Source: Eledone cirrhosa (Eukaryota). From it: a stretch of 64,000 nucleotides of DNA. The position numbers and the translations under genes were made by a program. Of this stretch, positions 24,531 to 38,670 are shown in pieces (the first letter of the stretch is position 1; every line of letters begins with the position of its first letter). The stretch is from positions 56,916,001 through 56,980,000 of the forward strand of contig OZ024742.1 in assembly GCA_964016885.1 (NCBI GenBank). The letters are read 5' to 3'. Under the pieces are notes generated by a model. It saw only the letters and a program-made list of their open reading frames with translations. It did no database searches and was not told the DNA's origin.

Positions 24531-25377
24531 GGCCATCAATATGATTGACTGACTTGTCATTTCATCAGTCATCACAGAAATTCCTACCAACCAACAATAG
24601 ACACGGTTTGATACGCATATTTCCCTTACTTCCATGGTAGTTGGTATTGTTCTTGTGACAATCCTATGGATTCAGAATTACAGCAATTTTGTTTATGAAT
24701 GTGTTTGTTTGTTAGTGTGTGTGTGTGTGTGTGTGCGTGTGTGTGTGCGTGTGTGTGTGCGCGCGCGCGCGTGTGTGTGTATGTGTGTGTATGTGTGTGT
24801 GTGTGCGTGTATCTGTGTATGTGTGTGCACATGTATATAGCTAACTTTTCTTTGTTTCCTGCTACGTCGGAATAACAATAACAATAACAACAACAAAAGT
24901 AGTAATAATAATAATCGTTATTATTACCATTAAGATCACTATCATAATAACGACTACTATAATAATGAACCAATCAGCAAAATGAACAAGACTTGTGTGT
25001 TCGTGTGTGTGTGTGAGAGAGAGAGAGAGAGAATGTGTGTGTGTGTGTTGTTGTGTGTGCGTAAGTGCGCTTGACGTCATGGTTCGGTAAGTAGCCAGTT
25101 GCACAAATATATTTTATTTATTTTGAATAAATATATTATTTATACTTTTGTGATCTCTCCCCCCCTATCTCTCTCTCTTTGTGCGATTTATTCCCTTATG
25201 TGTTCGGGTACAGAGGGTTATATGATAACATAGTAATAATGGCAACAACAATAGCAAATATAATGATAATAATTCCATTAGCAAAGTAAAGAATGTTACG
25301 TGTACGTGTACGTGTACGTGTACGTGTACGTGTACGTGTACGTGTGTGTATGGGGGGGGGGGGGGGTAGTTAGAGTC

Positions 25378-26705
25378 TATTCAGACGTGGTTTGTATTTT
25401 TGAATAAATATATTATATTTATTTATTCGTATTTGATCTGTGATATTATCTGGACAAAGGTATAATGGAAAATCTGGAATGTTGGGAACTTGTTTGTTAC
25501 ACACAAATCTAAATGCTCACTAAGTGGTCTCTTCCTTGTGTGTGTGGGGGGGGGCGGTATCGCAATTGTTGGAGGTGAATGGTCATTCTGTTTCTGAGGG
25601 TGAGTTTGGTTTGGCCTATATAGTCTTCATTACATCCTTTACATTTAACGTCATGTATTAAATTTTTTGTTGCACAGGTGAAATGATTATTTACAAAAAC
25701 TGTTTGTCCTGATGTAAATCTATACAGTGTGTTTTCAATGAGGTTAATGCAAGTTCCACAATTAGGGTGACCACATATTTTGACTGTTGGTGTTGTGTTT
25801 GTGATGGGTAATTTGAAGCTGGTGAGTACTTTATTAAAGCGATTTTCGTTGTCTTTTACTTTTGATTATTTTGTGTTTCGGGTGCTATTTTCATTCTTGG
25901 GTCTTGTTTCAATAGCGGAATGTTCTTGTAGATAATGGTGTATGCCTCTGTATTTCTAGGATTGTGTGTTAAGATATAGGGTAGCGTATTGGATATATAT
26001 GAAGTTGTTTTTGTGTTTCGTAATTCATGAATATCTATTGCTTTGGCGAGTTCTATTCTTTTGTCTATTAATAATGATGGATACTTTCTTTCGAGCAGAA
26101 TTTATTTTAGTTCTTTTATTCCGGATTTCATGATTTAAGAGAATTGTATAGTTTCTTCTTGCTGGATTAAATGGAGTATTTGTCTACGTGTGTTTTGTAT
26201 GGCTTGAGCTGAATAGTAAGTATTGTTTAGAATCTGTTGGTTTGTGGTGAATATTAGTTTCAATATTTGTGATAATATGATTATAATGTCTAGGAATGGG
26301 AGTTGGTTTTGATTATATTCTATTGTGAAATGGATGTTATTATTGATGCTGTTAATTAGAGTCTTGAATTCATTGAGTTGCTCGAGTGTATGCATCTATG
26401 GAATAAGGTAGTCACCTAAGTAGCGTTTCCAGTTGTCTAGCAAATATTTGTGGAAATTTAAGTCATATTTTAATCTGGATTGTTCATATATCTGAACTTC
26501 CGGGTAACTTTTGTAAGTATTGCCATTGAAATCATAAAAATTGTTTTGTGCAGTGAATTTTAGTCCCTCGGTGATGAAACCTTTTTCTTTTTTTTTTTTC
26601 AGGATTGAATTAGGGAATTTTTTGAGCCAGAATCCTATTACTTCTAGTCCGTATTAGTAGTATAGAGGTTTACTACATCAAAAAACACAATAATAGTGTC
26701 TCTGT

Positions 26706-26710
<5 letters not shown>
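25378..26710 (-). mobile_element. Decayed Penelope-like element (RT + GIY-YIG endonuclease)
   Basis: Minus-strand peptides FDVVNLYT, NSINNNIHFTIEYNQNQLPFLDI, CKGCNEDYIGQTKLTLRNRMTIH and terminal FIQKYKPRLN; many stops. Confidence 0.85.
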
Positions 26711-26736
<26 letters not shown>

Positions 26737-26964
26737 ATCAGAAAGAAGACTGATACGTAATACATACAATGAAGCACGTGTAAGTGTTACGCAATAAATG
26801 ATATATATATTTACAAAATTATTATTTAAAACACCACAATCCAGATGACTGGAAATATCATTTATTGCGTAACACTTACACGTGCTTCATTGTATGTATT
26901 ACATATCAGTCTTGAATCGCTAATATTTGATAATTCTAATCAAATTAACTCGCATCCAGCTACT

Positions 26965-27160
26965 TAAATAATTGTTTCTCCTTTTGGCACAAGACCAGTA
27001 ATTACCTCAGTGTATTACTGTTGCTTTATTTTATCGACCCCGTAAGGATGAAAAGCAAAGTTAACATCAGCGGGATTTGAACTCAGAACGTAAAGGGTCA
27101 TAACTCTATGCTGCAAAGCATGGTGTCTGACGTTCTATCGATACTTCCAATCCACCGCCC
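26965..27160 (-). mobile_element. S1 SINE, full-length
   Basis: Reverse complement of the A/B boxes, core and tail. Confidence 0.9.
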
Positions 27161-27370
27161 TTAAATAATAATATATAGTTGGTGTGAGTTATTTTGATTA
27201 AAATAATCAAATATTAGCGATACAAAACTGATATGTAATATATACGATGAAGTACGTGTATGTGTTACGCAATAAATGTTATTCCCAGTCATCTGGATTG
27301 GATTGAGGTGTTTTAAATAATAATTTTGTAAATATCTATATACACTCCGCAAATTGTTACACTGGGAACC

Positions 27371-27960
27371 AAGGGCCTTGTTTCAGGGGGTGCCAGAGGA
27401 CAATACCCCCCCCCCCCCCCCACACACACACACACATACACATACTTTTTCAGGAACGGGGGACAAACCATCTTTTGCCCCCCCCTACTTTATCCCAATT
27501 AAAAAACAAAGAAAATCCCACTAACAAGTAATATATATTTTTATATGTTTATTTATGTGCATATATTTATATGAATATATATAGACCCTAAGTTGCAATC
27601 AGTATTGAATTTTGTTCTTCGTTCGATATTTGCTAAAAATTAAAAGAGATCAACTCAGCTGAAAGATCTTTTAGCGCTCTGCAGAAACTCAAAACTTGGC
27701 TGCGATCGACCATGACTCAGCAAAGGTTGAATCATATTCTAATATGCCACGTTCATAGAGATGTTTTGAAAAAAAAATAGTTGTGAAGAAGTTGCTAAAT
27801 TATTTATTGACAGCAATGATGCGAAATATAATACATTGGGAAAGTTCTAAAAGACAATAAATTTATTTTATATTTTTTTTATTCAAACGTCTGTTTTATT
27901 TTTTGTTTATTTGTTATAATAAATTCTTTTTAAGCTAATTTTTTTATATCTGAACTTCAT
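27371..27960 (+). mobile_element. hAT DNA transposon remnant
   Basis: C-terminal dimerisation motif SAERSFSALQKLKTWLRSTMTQQRLNHILICHVHRD at ~27655-27765; G/C-run subterminal sequence at 27380-27490. Confidence 0.75.
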
Positions 27961-28049
27961 TTAAATATATAAAATTTGAGTAGCGTAAAATGTTGCTTAC
28001 GTGATAGGGTCCGGGAAAGGCACCATAAACAATACTACCATGCTCCTTT

Positions 28050-29690
28050 AAGAATCAACAAATGTTGAGGTGTTTCTGAAATGGAAGGAGAGAGTTATTA
28101 ACTTGGTAAAGAGTACGTTAAGAGGTTTGGGCACGTTGATGCAGGAGCTGTCTAAACCTAATGGGCCCGAGGTGAAGCAATTTTTGAATGGGTTTCGCAA
28201 TAGGTATATCCTGGGGATAAAGCAGCGGGTAAATTCGTTAAATATGTAAACAAAATACATGTCGATTTTTGCTAGGGAGTAAGAATGTGATGTTAACTAT
28301 ACCTTTAGTGGTAATGGAACCCACAGGCTGAGTCCGGAGAATATTTATCAGTTGACAGTAAAGCTTAGGTGTGAAGTAAAGGATCTGAGTGGTTGCCAGT
28401 TGAAGGAGGAGAATATGTTTGTCCCTAGAGTCTTCTGGATACCCAAATTGCACAAGACGCCATTTGGATGTAGATTTATAGCCTGTGCTAGTAGGTGCAC
28501 AAATAGACAAGTAGATATTTTAGTTAACGAACGTTTAGCAGTAGTTAAAGAGACCGTTGGTAGATATTGTGGTGCAATTTTTGCAAATAGTGGAATGAAT
28601 ATGAAGTGGAGTATAGGATCTACTAATGATTGTTTAACTAGATTGAATGGAATAAAGATAATAAAAACAATGCACGTGTATGACCTTTCCACCCTTTATA
28701 CTAGTTTGGAGCTGAATTTTGTTAAAAAAGAGTCGGTAGTATAATAGATCTGGTTTTCGGTAATAAGTTCACGTATGTTTCCTCAAAAATGGCAAGGGCT
28801 TCATGTCTAGAGTATGGTACAACGGATACACTAACTTGACAAAGCTTAAGCTCATACACGAGGTCCGGTTTATAATAAATAATTCTTATGTTACATTCGC
28901 AGGTAATATTTTCACGCAGGTCAAAAGCATACCAATGGGTGGGAACTGTATCTCACTCCTGGCGGATTTACATTCAAGCTCCTGTGAGTTTGACTATCTA
29001 GAGGGTTTAAGGAAACTTAAAAGAATAAGCCTAATTAGGCAGTTGGGTGAATGTTGTCTGTATATCGATGACATATATGTTCCTAATTATAGGCATTTCG
29101 AGGGTTTACTCCACAAGATCTATCCGAAAAGTTTAGAGGTAAATAGGAATTGATGTGATGTTAGCAAGTTTAATTATTTAGACGTCCCTTTCGAAATAGG
29201 CGGCAAGACGATAGTTACACAGGTCTACAATAAGGTAAAGGACTTTAACTTTAAGGTGGCTTGGATGCCCTATGCATTTAGCTGTGTTTTCTTGCCAAGT
29301 TATGTTTTATGGTAGGATAAATAGCCAGATGAATGTGTTTATGGAGGTAGTGAATTAAAAAATTTTAAAACATGGTAGAACAGTGTTACAAGGAAACATT
29401 TCTGATACGTTGGCGCTAATAGGGAGATTCTGGGAAAATTTGGTGTTATTTCTAGTTCGCAAATAAGAGGCATAGGACTTTGAAATTAACTTATTTACAT
29501 TAAGGTAGTAGAAGCTTAGCGTATTTAAGAGAGATTCCAAAAAAAATGTGAGGTTTGGTTTCAATTAGCTTTGGAAAGCGTATGGCCTGAATTTAATTTA
29601 ATCTTAATTTTTATTTATTTGCTGACATCTAAGTAAATTGGTATATTTGCCATGAAGTAGTGTTTTTGTAATAAAGTAAGGGGTTTAGTA
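28050..29690 (+). mobile_element. Decayed Penelope-like RT of a second lineage
   Basis: FWIPKLHKTPFGCRFIA, YDLSTLYT, FTQVKSIPMGGNC..LLADL and YIDDI motifs; broken by stops. Confidence 0.78.
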
Positions 29691-29719
29691 ATTTTGTATT
29701 CAAACTGTAGAGCATTCAG

Positions 29720-30200
29720 TAATCAAAAATGGGGAGGTAGGCGTAAAAGCCAAACTCACTATCTTCAATTTGGTATTCGTGCCAACTCTTACCTATGGTC
29801 ATGAATCTTGCGGCCGAAATGGGGTTTCTCCAAACGGTCGTCGGAGTAACGTTACTTGAGAGAGGGCATAACTCGGAGATCAGAGAGTCACTCCAGGTAG
29901 AACCGCTACTTCTCCAAATTGAGAGATCACTGCTCAGTACTATGGGCATGTGGTTAGAATGTCTCAGAAAAGAATCGCTACACAGATTTTCAGGCAAAAC
30001 CAGCCGGCAGGACACCCAGGGGTAGACCCCGAGCAAGATGATTGGATAGCATCCATGAACTTGGCTGGACTCGCTTGGAGATTCAGTCGGATCAATTGGA
30101 CACGGTTGCTTCTGACAGGACCCGATGGAAGGAGTGTATGAGGACTCTGCCCGACCCCCCCCCCTCCCCCGAACGACTCTCTCAGGAATAAATAAGTGAA
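29720..30200 (+). mobile_element. 3' remnant of a Rex3/Expander-like RTE LINE
   Basis: AAEMGFLQTVVGVTLLERGHNSEIRESLQVEPLLLQIERS. Confidence 0.72.
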
Positions 30201-30539
30201 AAAGAAGATGACTAACATAAATTGTCTTTTTTAAGAATGATTTCCAAATTCCCCAGCATATGAAATAACCCACCATTACTTAAGTCCCGGATTAACTGTA
30301 CTGTACTGTACATTAACTTTATTTATGTCGATTCGTTCTAACATTACATTGGATAACCATGCTGAGATATTGCATTCATCTTCGAGGTAAAATGGTTTAA
30401 TGGGGGTGGGGCTAATATTTCGACTTCTTTGGCTCTATTAAGAAAGGGATCTTGGTTCAGTATCATATGATATATATTAATGTTTTGGGGTGTAGACCTT
30501 AGAGAGAGCATACTCCTTTCTGTGTGTGAAAGAAAGATA

Positions 30540-30668
<129 letters not shown>

Positions 30669-31030
30669 AGAGAGAGCCAGTGTTTGTGTGTGTATGTCCG
30701 AATTCTACTATTACATGTAGCTATCAACGTTTCTTTTCAACTATCATTAATAGAGACATGACTAAAAGATTGTTTCATTCGCCTTATAGTATTACACTTC
30801 ATCATTTATCATGTTGGCGTGAGTCTTTAACATTCTAAAGCCTGGGGCATTAGGGCTGTCGAGATTTCTTGTTGCTCGCCTTATCACTTCGATGATGGAT
30901 GATGTTATGCAAGAATTGGTGAGCTGGGTAACACAGCCTGACTGTTTGTATATATATATATATATATGTTTGTGTGTGTGTGTGTATGTGTGTGTGTATA
31001 TATGTGTGTGTGTGTATATATATATGTATA

Positions 31031-31122
<92 letters not shown>

Positions 31123-31662
31123 AGAGAGAGAGAGGAGAGAGGGGGTAGACAGGCAGAGAGAGAGAGAATTATATGTATATAGGCTAAAATTGCTTGGCTG
31201 TTTGTGTATGTAAATATAAGTGTGCGTTTGGAAGCTTGTGATCTTTGTTAACATTTTTCCGTATTTTTTCATTTATTCCTTCTTTCATTCTATCTATATA
31301 TCTATCTTTACTTTTCTCTACCTTTATTTTTATCGCAGTCTTCAATAGACGCAGTTTTTTGGCTTCTTTCGTATAGATAAATTTCTCTAATTCCTCCTTC
31401 AAGTTATATCCAGTGTCTGCTTTTCACCACCTCAAAGTAATAGTGACCATTTCTTATCGTTTCTTTACATATTCTTACACAAACCTAATCTCGTTAATTA
31501 TTCAAGTTATTTTCCACTGTTGTTGGGTTTTTTTTTTCTGGTTTTTGAGCATCTCCCTGAATTAGCGTCTATGTCTGTAAATATATGTCTATCAGACTCC
31601 GATTCCATTTGTGTTTATCATCGTGTAAGACAAACACACGCACACGCACGCACACGCACACA

Positions 31663-31742
<80 letters not shown>

Positions 31743-31783
31743 TATACACATATATACACACATATATATGTATATATATATGA

Positions 31784-31823
<40 letters not shown>

Positions 31824-31984
31824 GGGGAGAGAGAGGGGGTATGAAGAATAAGCGAAAGAGAGAGGGGTGAATTAGTGCGTTATACATTTCGTTTCTATCG
31901 TGTGGGTTTTGTAAAACAAGAAATTTCTTGTAAACAGGCAATCATTCTTAGACGACGGACAAATAGAGCATTCGTCTCTCTCTC

Positions 31985-32032
<48 letters not shown>

Positions 32033-32732
32033 CTTTATATATATATAAAGAGCAATCATTTTTTTCCCGCTCACTCTCTCTCACTCTCTCTCACTCTCTC
32101 GTTCGCTTTCCTTCTCTTTCTCTCTCTCTCTCTTTGTATATATATATATATAAATTAAATGTGGGAATGATGAAACTAGAAATATTAACATAATAATAAT
32201 GAATATGTAGATAGATAAGGAAGATAATACGTTGTGGGCTGCGACATTCTAGCATATAAGAAGATTGTGAATCCAAGACATAAAGGAAAATAACCACTTA
32301 AATCTCTGGAAATACTAATATGTAGATACACAATATTCTTAACACTTTGTGTGTCTCGTTCATATTTGTATATTTGTTGCATTAAATGTATTTGAGTTTT
32401 ATCAAATATTACCGATTGTGATTGGTATGTCCATCTTATCAAATATTTAAAACGTTTATTCTCATATTCTGCAGGAAGAATATTTGATAAGATTGACATG
32501 CCAATCGAAACCTGCAATATTTGACGATACTTTAAGGCATTTAATATAACAAATATAAAGATATTAAGGAAATATACTCCTGTGCTTTTCCACTTTTACT
32601 TTTTACATACAATTTTCGATTTATATGGAAGTTTACTCCCGTTTTAGAGGGTCTGTGTGTGTGTGTGTGTGTGTGCGTGCATGTGTGATTTTGTGTGTGC
32701 GCCAATGTGTGTGTGCATGTGTGTGTGTGTGT

Positions 32733-32810
<78 letters not shown>

Positions 32811-34311
32811 ATGTGCATGTGTAAGTTTGTGTATTTGAGTTTGGCTCTGAATTTTGATTGTATTCTGTATTTTGCATGCTCGAGTGAACAAAGTAAACGG
32901 AAATGTAAGATGTTCCTGGTTTATGATGAAAGATCTGGGGAAATGACGATGAGAATAAATATTTTAAATTAGAAAATATTGAAAATTATCCTGAAGCCTG
33001 AAGGTGTAAAATGTTTATTTGCAGTGGGTTGCATGATGTTGAAATTATATGAGTAAGTTAATCGATAGAAAAATTAGGAAATATTGGAAATATTGAATAT
33101 ATCGAAAATTTTAGAATATTGAACATATTACAAATTTCGTCACGGTTGGCATGAAGTGAGTTGAAATTTTGTTTTTCTTTTATTCGGGCGGTGGGGTAGA
33201 GAGCATTGTATGCCGGGGATTATTTGAGAATGTTAAACGATATTATGTGCATAGAAGAAAATATAAACGAAGTGAAGACAGTATGGATTTTCAATATTTG
33301 GATAAAATTGTGATTTTTTTGTAAAACTTATGTTTTAAAAAAATCAACGAGAGGCAACAAATTGGCAGAATCATTAAAGCATTGGATTAAATATCTTGGC
33401 ATTTACTCCCGCTCCTTCCACTCTGAGTTCAAATCTCACTGACGTCAACTAACTTTACCTTATATCGTTTCGGGCCGATACTCCAGATTCGGTGGATCGG
33501 TGTGTGGTATCTAATACACCTCTGCCCTGAAAATTCTGAATTCAACACTCGACTTCTCTCAGCAGATGACGTTTCTAACAGTAGTTGGGATCGGATCGGC
33601 AAATAGGGACAACAATGGTAAGATCATTCTTTTTTTTTTCTTTTTTTTTTTTGTGCAACATTGAAGTTAAGTTAGATGCGTGATAAATAAATAAATAAAT
33701 AAGTAAATAAATAAGTAAATAAATAAGTAAATAAATAAATAAATAGGATGGTGATAAGTGATGATAAATTGTGCTAAGATAAATTGGTGATAAAATAAAG
33801 TAGTTTGACAAAAAAGAAATACGACACAAACTGGTGTTATTTAGAAAATATTGGAAGGGATTGACGCTACGTTATAACCTTTGGCTCCTTATAAACCGCC
33901 CATAATACGCACGTATTATGTAACATTTTCCCTGTTGATAGTATAAATCTACTGTGAGACATTAACACTATTTTCTTAGCTTAACTGTTTTTGAATAGTT
34001 CCTACCACTCCCATTTTCTCCTTACTTTCGTCGAAATAATGGATGCTTGTTTTTATTGCTATTTTTACCAGAAAAAAATATATGTTAATCACCAATATAT
34101 TTTATCACCTTTTATCACCACTCATTGCCATTTAACTAATGGCATCTTATTTATCTTATCTTATCTTACTTATTTATTACATACATACATATCATTCATT
34201 CAAAATAACTTAAAAGGTTGCACAAAATGTTAGCATCTTTGGACAATAAATTTTTCTAGAAATAAAACATCTTCAGCCAAGTATTCCTATTCCTTCCGTT
34301 CTTTTATTATT

Positions 34312-34487
34312 TATCGGTAGAGGGTCGGACGCCATGCTTTGCAGCATAGAGTTACGACCCTTTATGGTCTAAGTTCAAATCTCGCCGAGGTTAACTTTGC
34401 TTTTCATCCTTACGGGGTCGATAAAATAAAGTACCAGTAATACACTGGGATAATTGCTGGCCTTGTGCCTAAATTAGAAACAATTAT
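34312..34487 (+). mobile_element. S1 SINE
   Basis: B-box, core and tail. Older diverged S1-like copies lie at ~17480-17670, ~33352-33540 and ~42330-42470. Confidence 0.88.
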
Positions 34488-34882
34488 TTTCTATATTGTC
34501 CTTTTTACATAATGTTGATTGTTTTACTCAGATAACGATTCCTAATTTAGGCTCAAGGCCAGCAATGTCGATGAAAGGAGAGAGACGATTATATTGAACC
34601 TATACTTGACTTTCACAAAGCAGTCTAAATACTGTTCATATAACCATCCATATAGTTTTCGATATTTTTCTATCGATTGATTTGATTTACTCGTATAACA
34701 ACGTAATATGATTTTTCACTACTCCCCACCCCCGTAAAAAAACTGTTTAAAACTATTTAAACTCGTCATGAAGATTCAATACTTTCGATTTTTCTATATA
34801 TGGTTTCCAAGTTCTTTCATCACAAAAGGGGGATAATTTACATCTGTCTCCAAGTTTACGTAGGCATGTAAATCACAGGATG

Positions 34883-34927
<45 letters not shown>

Positions 34928-34935
<8 letters not shown>

Positions 34936-35423
34936 TGCAAACTCTGCTAAGTCAGATTATAGAGTTCGGTGTACTTTTAAGGCTACGGCCAGTCACACGA
35001 GCCTGTATCAGATCCTGAACAAGAAATGCCTGTGCTTTGAAGGTTTTTTTAAGTGGGGAAAGGCCTTGCACTCTGAGCATCGAAAACACTACCCGAAAAG
35101 GAGAACTGGTCAATATCATCGAATGCTTCCAAAGCCACAGGTTTGTTTTTTTTTTTCAGAGTTTTCCTCACCTAGAAAAGTATGGTGACAACTGGGGGCC
35201 TTTCACACCCAGGTGAAAATAAAAAGTACTATTTGGATGACCGTTGACTCTGCTGAGTTCCTCAGCCTCTTGCCGAGTCTTGTATTTCATCCCGCAGGGT
35301 GTTCAAATATCATGCTCCTCACCAAGCAAGTTTGGTGGGGTTGCAGGTTTAGTCGCCGACGACCCGACAGTGAGTTAGGTTGTACTGGGTTACATGTTAC
35401 CAGTAGCAGTCAAGAGCGACCTG

Positions 35424-35425
<2 letters not shown>
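34928..35425 (-). mobile_element. Diverged subfamily of the non-autonomous RTE derivative
   Basis: Shares both termini (ATGATGGCTGC... and ...GGTTGTACTGGGTTACATGTTACCAGTAGCA...CCTGAC) and the GAGTTTTCCT..CCTAG motif. Confidence 0.75.
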
Positions 35426-35455
<30 letters not shown>

Positions 35456-35652
35456 GAAAAGAGTCAGGACGCCGACGGCTGACCTCCGGACATTTCGACA
35501 GCTAGATTTGAGTTCAGATCTAGCTGTCAAAACGGCCGGAGCTCAGCCGTCGGGATCCTGACTCTTTTCCTATTACCCACTCTACTACCCTGAGTATCAA
35601 GTACTCTGGTGCGTTATGGTCCACCTGGTTCCTTACCACACTTCCTTTGTTA
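35456..35652 (+). mobile_element. PLE-type terminal module with 5' fold-back centred on hammerhead stem II
   Basis: Imperfect ~55-bp hairpin 35456-35569, then the same 3' tail as 9189-9264. Confidence 0.65.
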
Positions 35653-35674
35653 TATATACATACATACATACATC

Positions 35675-36490
35675 ATAAATGACTGTAAAGCGGGGGGGAA
35701 AACTACAATCCAATCTAGCAACACTTTTATCAATGGCCTAACTGTTTCACCGATATCTGACGAGGATTTCTACAGATACCTGGGGATAGATGAGAATATA
35801 TCCTATAATGGTATTGGTAATAAGGAACGCGTAACCAGGGAATATTACACCCGATTAAGAATATTAAACCCGATTAAGAAAATTATAGTCATCGGAACTC
35901 TCTACGCACAATAAAACAGTGGCTCACAATGTGTTTGTTGTGCCTGTCCTAACACCAACAATTGGAATACTCAATTGGACGATAGACGAAATCCAAGCAA
36001 TTGATGTTAAAACTCGAAAAATTCTAAACAACACCGGAAACTTCCACATCAACAGTGACATAGACCGCCTCTACTTGAAACGTAAGCAGGGAGGCAGAGG
36101 CCTAACATCAGTCCAGACAACATTTGAATGTCGCATCATATCCCTCTGACAACATTTACGAACCTCCATTGTAGGAGCCCATCTATTGAGCAAGTCTATC
36201 TGCATGAGACTAATTAAGATCATGAGAGTTGGGAAGGAACTCCTTGAAAGATACTCCCTGCATGATAATCAAAACCTCACACCCAGGGAAAATGCCCATC
36301 AGTATCGCATTGAATCCATGGATGAAAAACTGCATGCTTATCAGCAAAACATCATGCACGGATATGTTGCCAGGAGCTCCAGAGTGAGAGTAATATAGAT
36401 AAGCAAAGTAGTCTATCTTGGACCTACAACCTCTATATTGGCTCCCACTTTCAGGGATACGTCTTTGCAATCCAAGAACAGTAAATCAAC
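35675..36490 (+). mobile_element. R4/Dong family B LINE fragment
   Basis: YRYLGIDEN, DIDRLYLKRKQGGRGL and FAIQEQ motifs; begins right after (CATA)n. Confidence 0.85.
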
Positions 36491-36494
36491 AGAA

Positions 36495-38645
36495 AATGAT
36501 GCTAAACGAGTGTGATCTTGTTAGCCACACAGAAGACCTTGTACTCTGTTGGATTGCTTCTCGGCAGTATGTGATTAATTTGGGTTGACAATCAGCCTGA
36601 AAAAGACCGTGGTGATGTTCCAGCATGCACTCGGAAAGCTATATATCCTTCCATCTCTATCTGTCTAAGCGAAAATATTGAGTTATAGATGTTTGTCTAC
36701 CTGAGTAGTACTCTCTCCAACAGCAACACCCTTGATGAAAAGGTACGATACCGGCTGTCTAAAGCTTCCGATGCTTTAGGTAAACTGAATAGGTGCCTGT
36801 GATCTCAGGCAGACATCAGTGTGCGCACGAAACTCGAAGTGTATCAGACATGTTTGCTTAAAGTATTGCTCTATGGATGTGACAACATGCTGTCGGACAA
36901 GATGTCGGCATATCCAGCATCTCGAACGTTTCCACCAACTATGCTTGCGCTCCATCCTCAAGATCTCGTGGAGGTTTCATACACAGGACACTGATGTGCT
37001 GCTGCAGGCCTGTATGCCAATTATCGAGAGCATGATCATGAAACAGCACCCCCGGTGGACAGGTTTTATAGTTGACCTAAATGACAGCAGAATCAGCAAG
37101 CAAGTTCTGTACGGCGAATTGTTGCAAAACAAACGCTTACGGTTCAAACCACACAAGCGCTTCAAAGACTGCCTGGAGTCTTTTGTAATTGAGCAACCCT
37201 TTCAAGTCTGCTCGAATCGGTTGAAAAAGTCTTATCCGAGGTCTTGCTGAATCGTCTAATAGAATGGACATGCCCTGCTGCGATCTCCGAGACCCTGTGT
37301 GGATTCAGAGCTAGGCAAGGTACAATGGACATGATTTTCTCAGATCATATGCTTAAGTCCGTGTATACTCGCGAATTAGAACCTCTGACAAAGTCTTTAA
37401 TCTAAGACAGTTTAGCAACAAGTCCAAAGCATTTGGCACTCTTGTTGGAGAGTTCCTGTACTCTGATGATGTAGATTTTGTGGCACGCGCTGTAGAGGAC
37501 ATACAGTTGACAGTGGGGACCTCCAACGCATGCATTGTGTTAGGACAAAATATTTGTATAAAAAAGACAACGGTCATGTACACTTTACCAGTTGGGGAAG
37601 TGTGTGTGGGGCCAGACATTTTCATGAGAGGAAAACGATTTGATGCGATTGACAGTTTTGTGTATCTCAGAAGTACGCTTAGTAGAGATGGTATCCTCGA
37701 TGCTGAAATCACAGGATTGTGAAAGCGAATCTTGCCTTCGGGAAGTGAGTCTAGTCAAATCAGAGTATCGAAAAACACAAAGCTCTCTGTGTATGAAGCC
37801 TCTATTCGTTCCGCCCTACTATCCGGATGCGAAACGTGGACAACTTACAGGCATCACATCAGGCAGCTTAAAAGGTTTTATCAGAATTGTGAACGACGCA
37901 TCTTGAACATTAAGTGGTCCTCTTACACACCTGAGAAAGTGGGCAGCACCAGTATTGAGAGGAGGATTATTATGAACCAGATGCGTTGAGTTGGTCATGC
38001 AGCCATGGTGGAAGATGAAAGGCTGTCTAAATACTTATTTTATTGGGAGCTGACCAGAGGAAAAAGGCCAAAGTATAAACCAAAGAGGCGGTTTAAGGAT
38101 GTCATAAAAGGCTATCTTAGAACTCTGAAGATTGATATAGAGAACTGGGAGAAACTGGCTGAAGGCTGTATATCATGGAGAAAGATCATCAAATATGGAT
38201 CTGTCTTTGAGAAAAAGCATATGTAGCATGCTGTTTTGAATAGAGTCCACTCCGTAAGCGGGACCCAAGTGCAGTGCCTGCAAAAATCCAGCAAGAATTG
38301 AGGTGTAATTTATGTGGCCGATTTCGTCTAACAAGAGCTGGATTTTTCAACCATCTGAAATCACACGAGCCAAGGAGAAATGGAGCCAACTGTGAGATGG
38401 TTCTACCGCCACACACTCCATGATACATTTGCAGTGAGTGTGGCTTAATTTGCAAATCAGCTGGTGAACTGACCAGGCATTGTAGAGTGCAGCAAAACAC
38501 ACCCCAGCTGGCATTGCCAGGAGACAGTCAGTTCAAGTGTCACATCTGTGAACGTTCCTACAAAACAAAAGCAGGCCTGAAATGTCTCCTGCCAGCACAT
38601 GATCGTGTAATGTTCAATGAAGGGATAATACTCTTCTGACAAGAA
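36495..38645 (+). mobile_element. Cluster of decayed RTE (BovB-like) LINE fragments incl. C-terminal C2H2 fingers
   Basis: LERFHQLCLRSIL, CETWTTYRHHIRQL, YSDDVD and GKRPKYKPKRRFKD motifs; C2H2 remnants at 38300-38600. Confidence 0.8.
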
Positions 38646-38670
38646 GTAACAACCGGCATGTATGTACATA

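Noticed and set aside
34240-34282. Minus-strand CTGAAGA...GAAAAATT hammerhead candidate
   Set aside because: Stems I and II do not pair.
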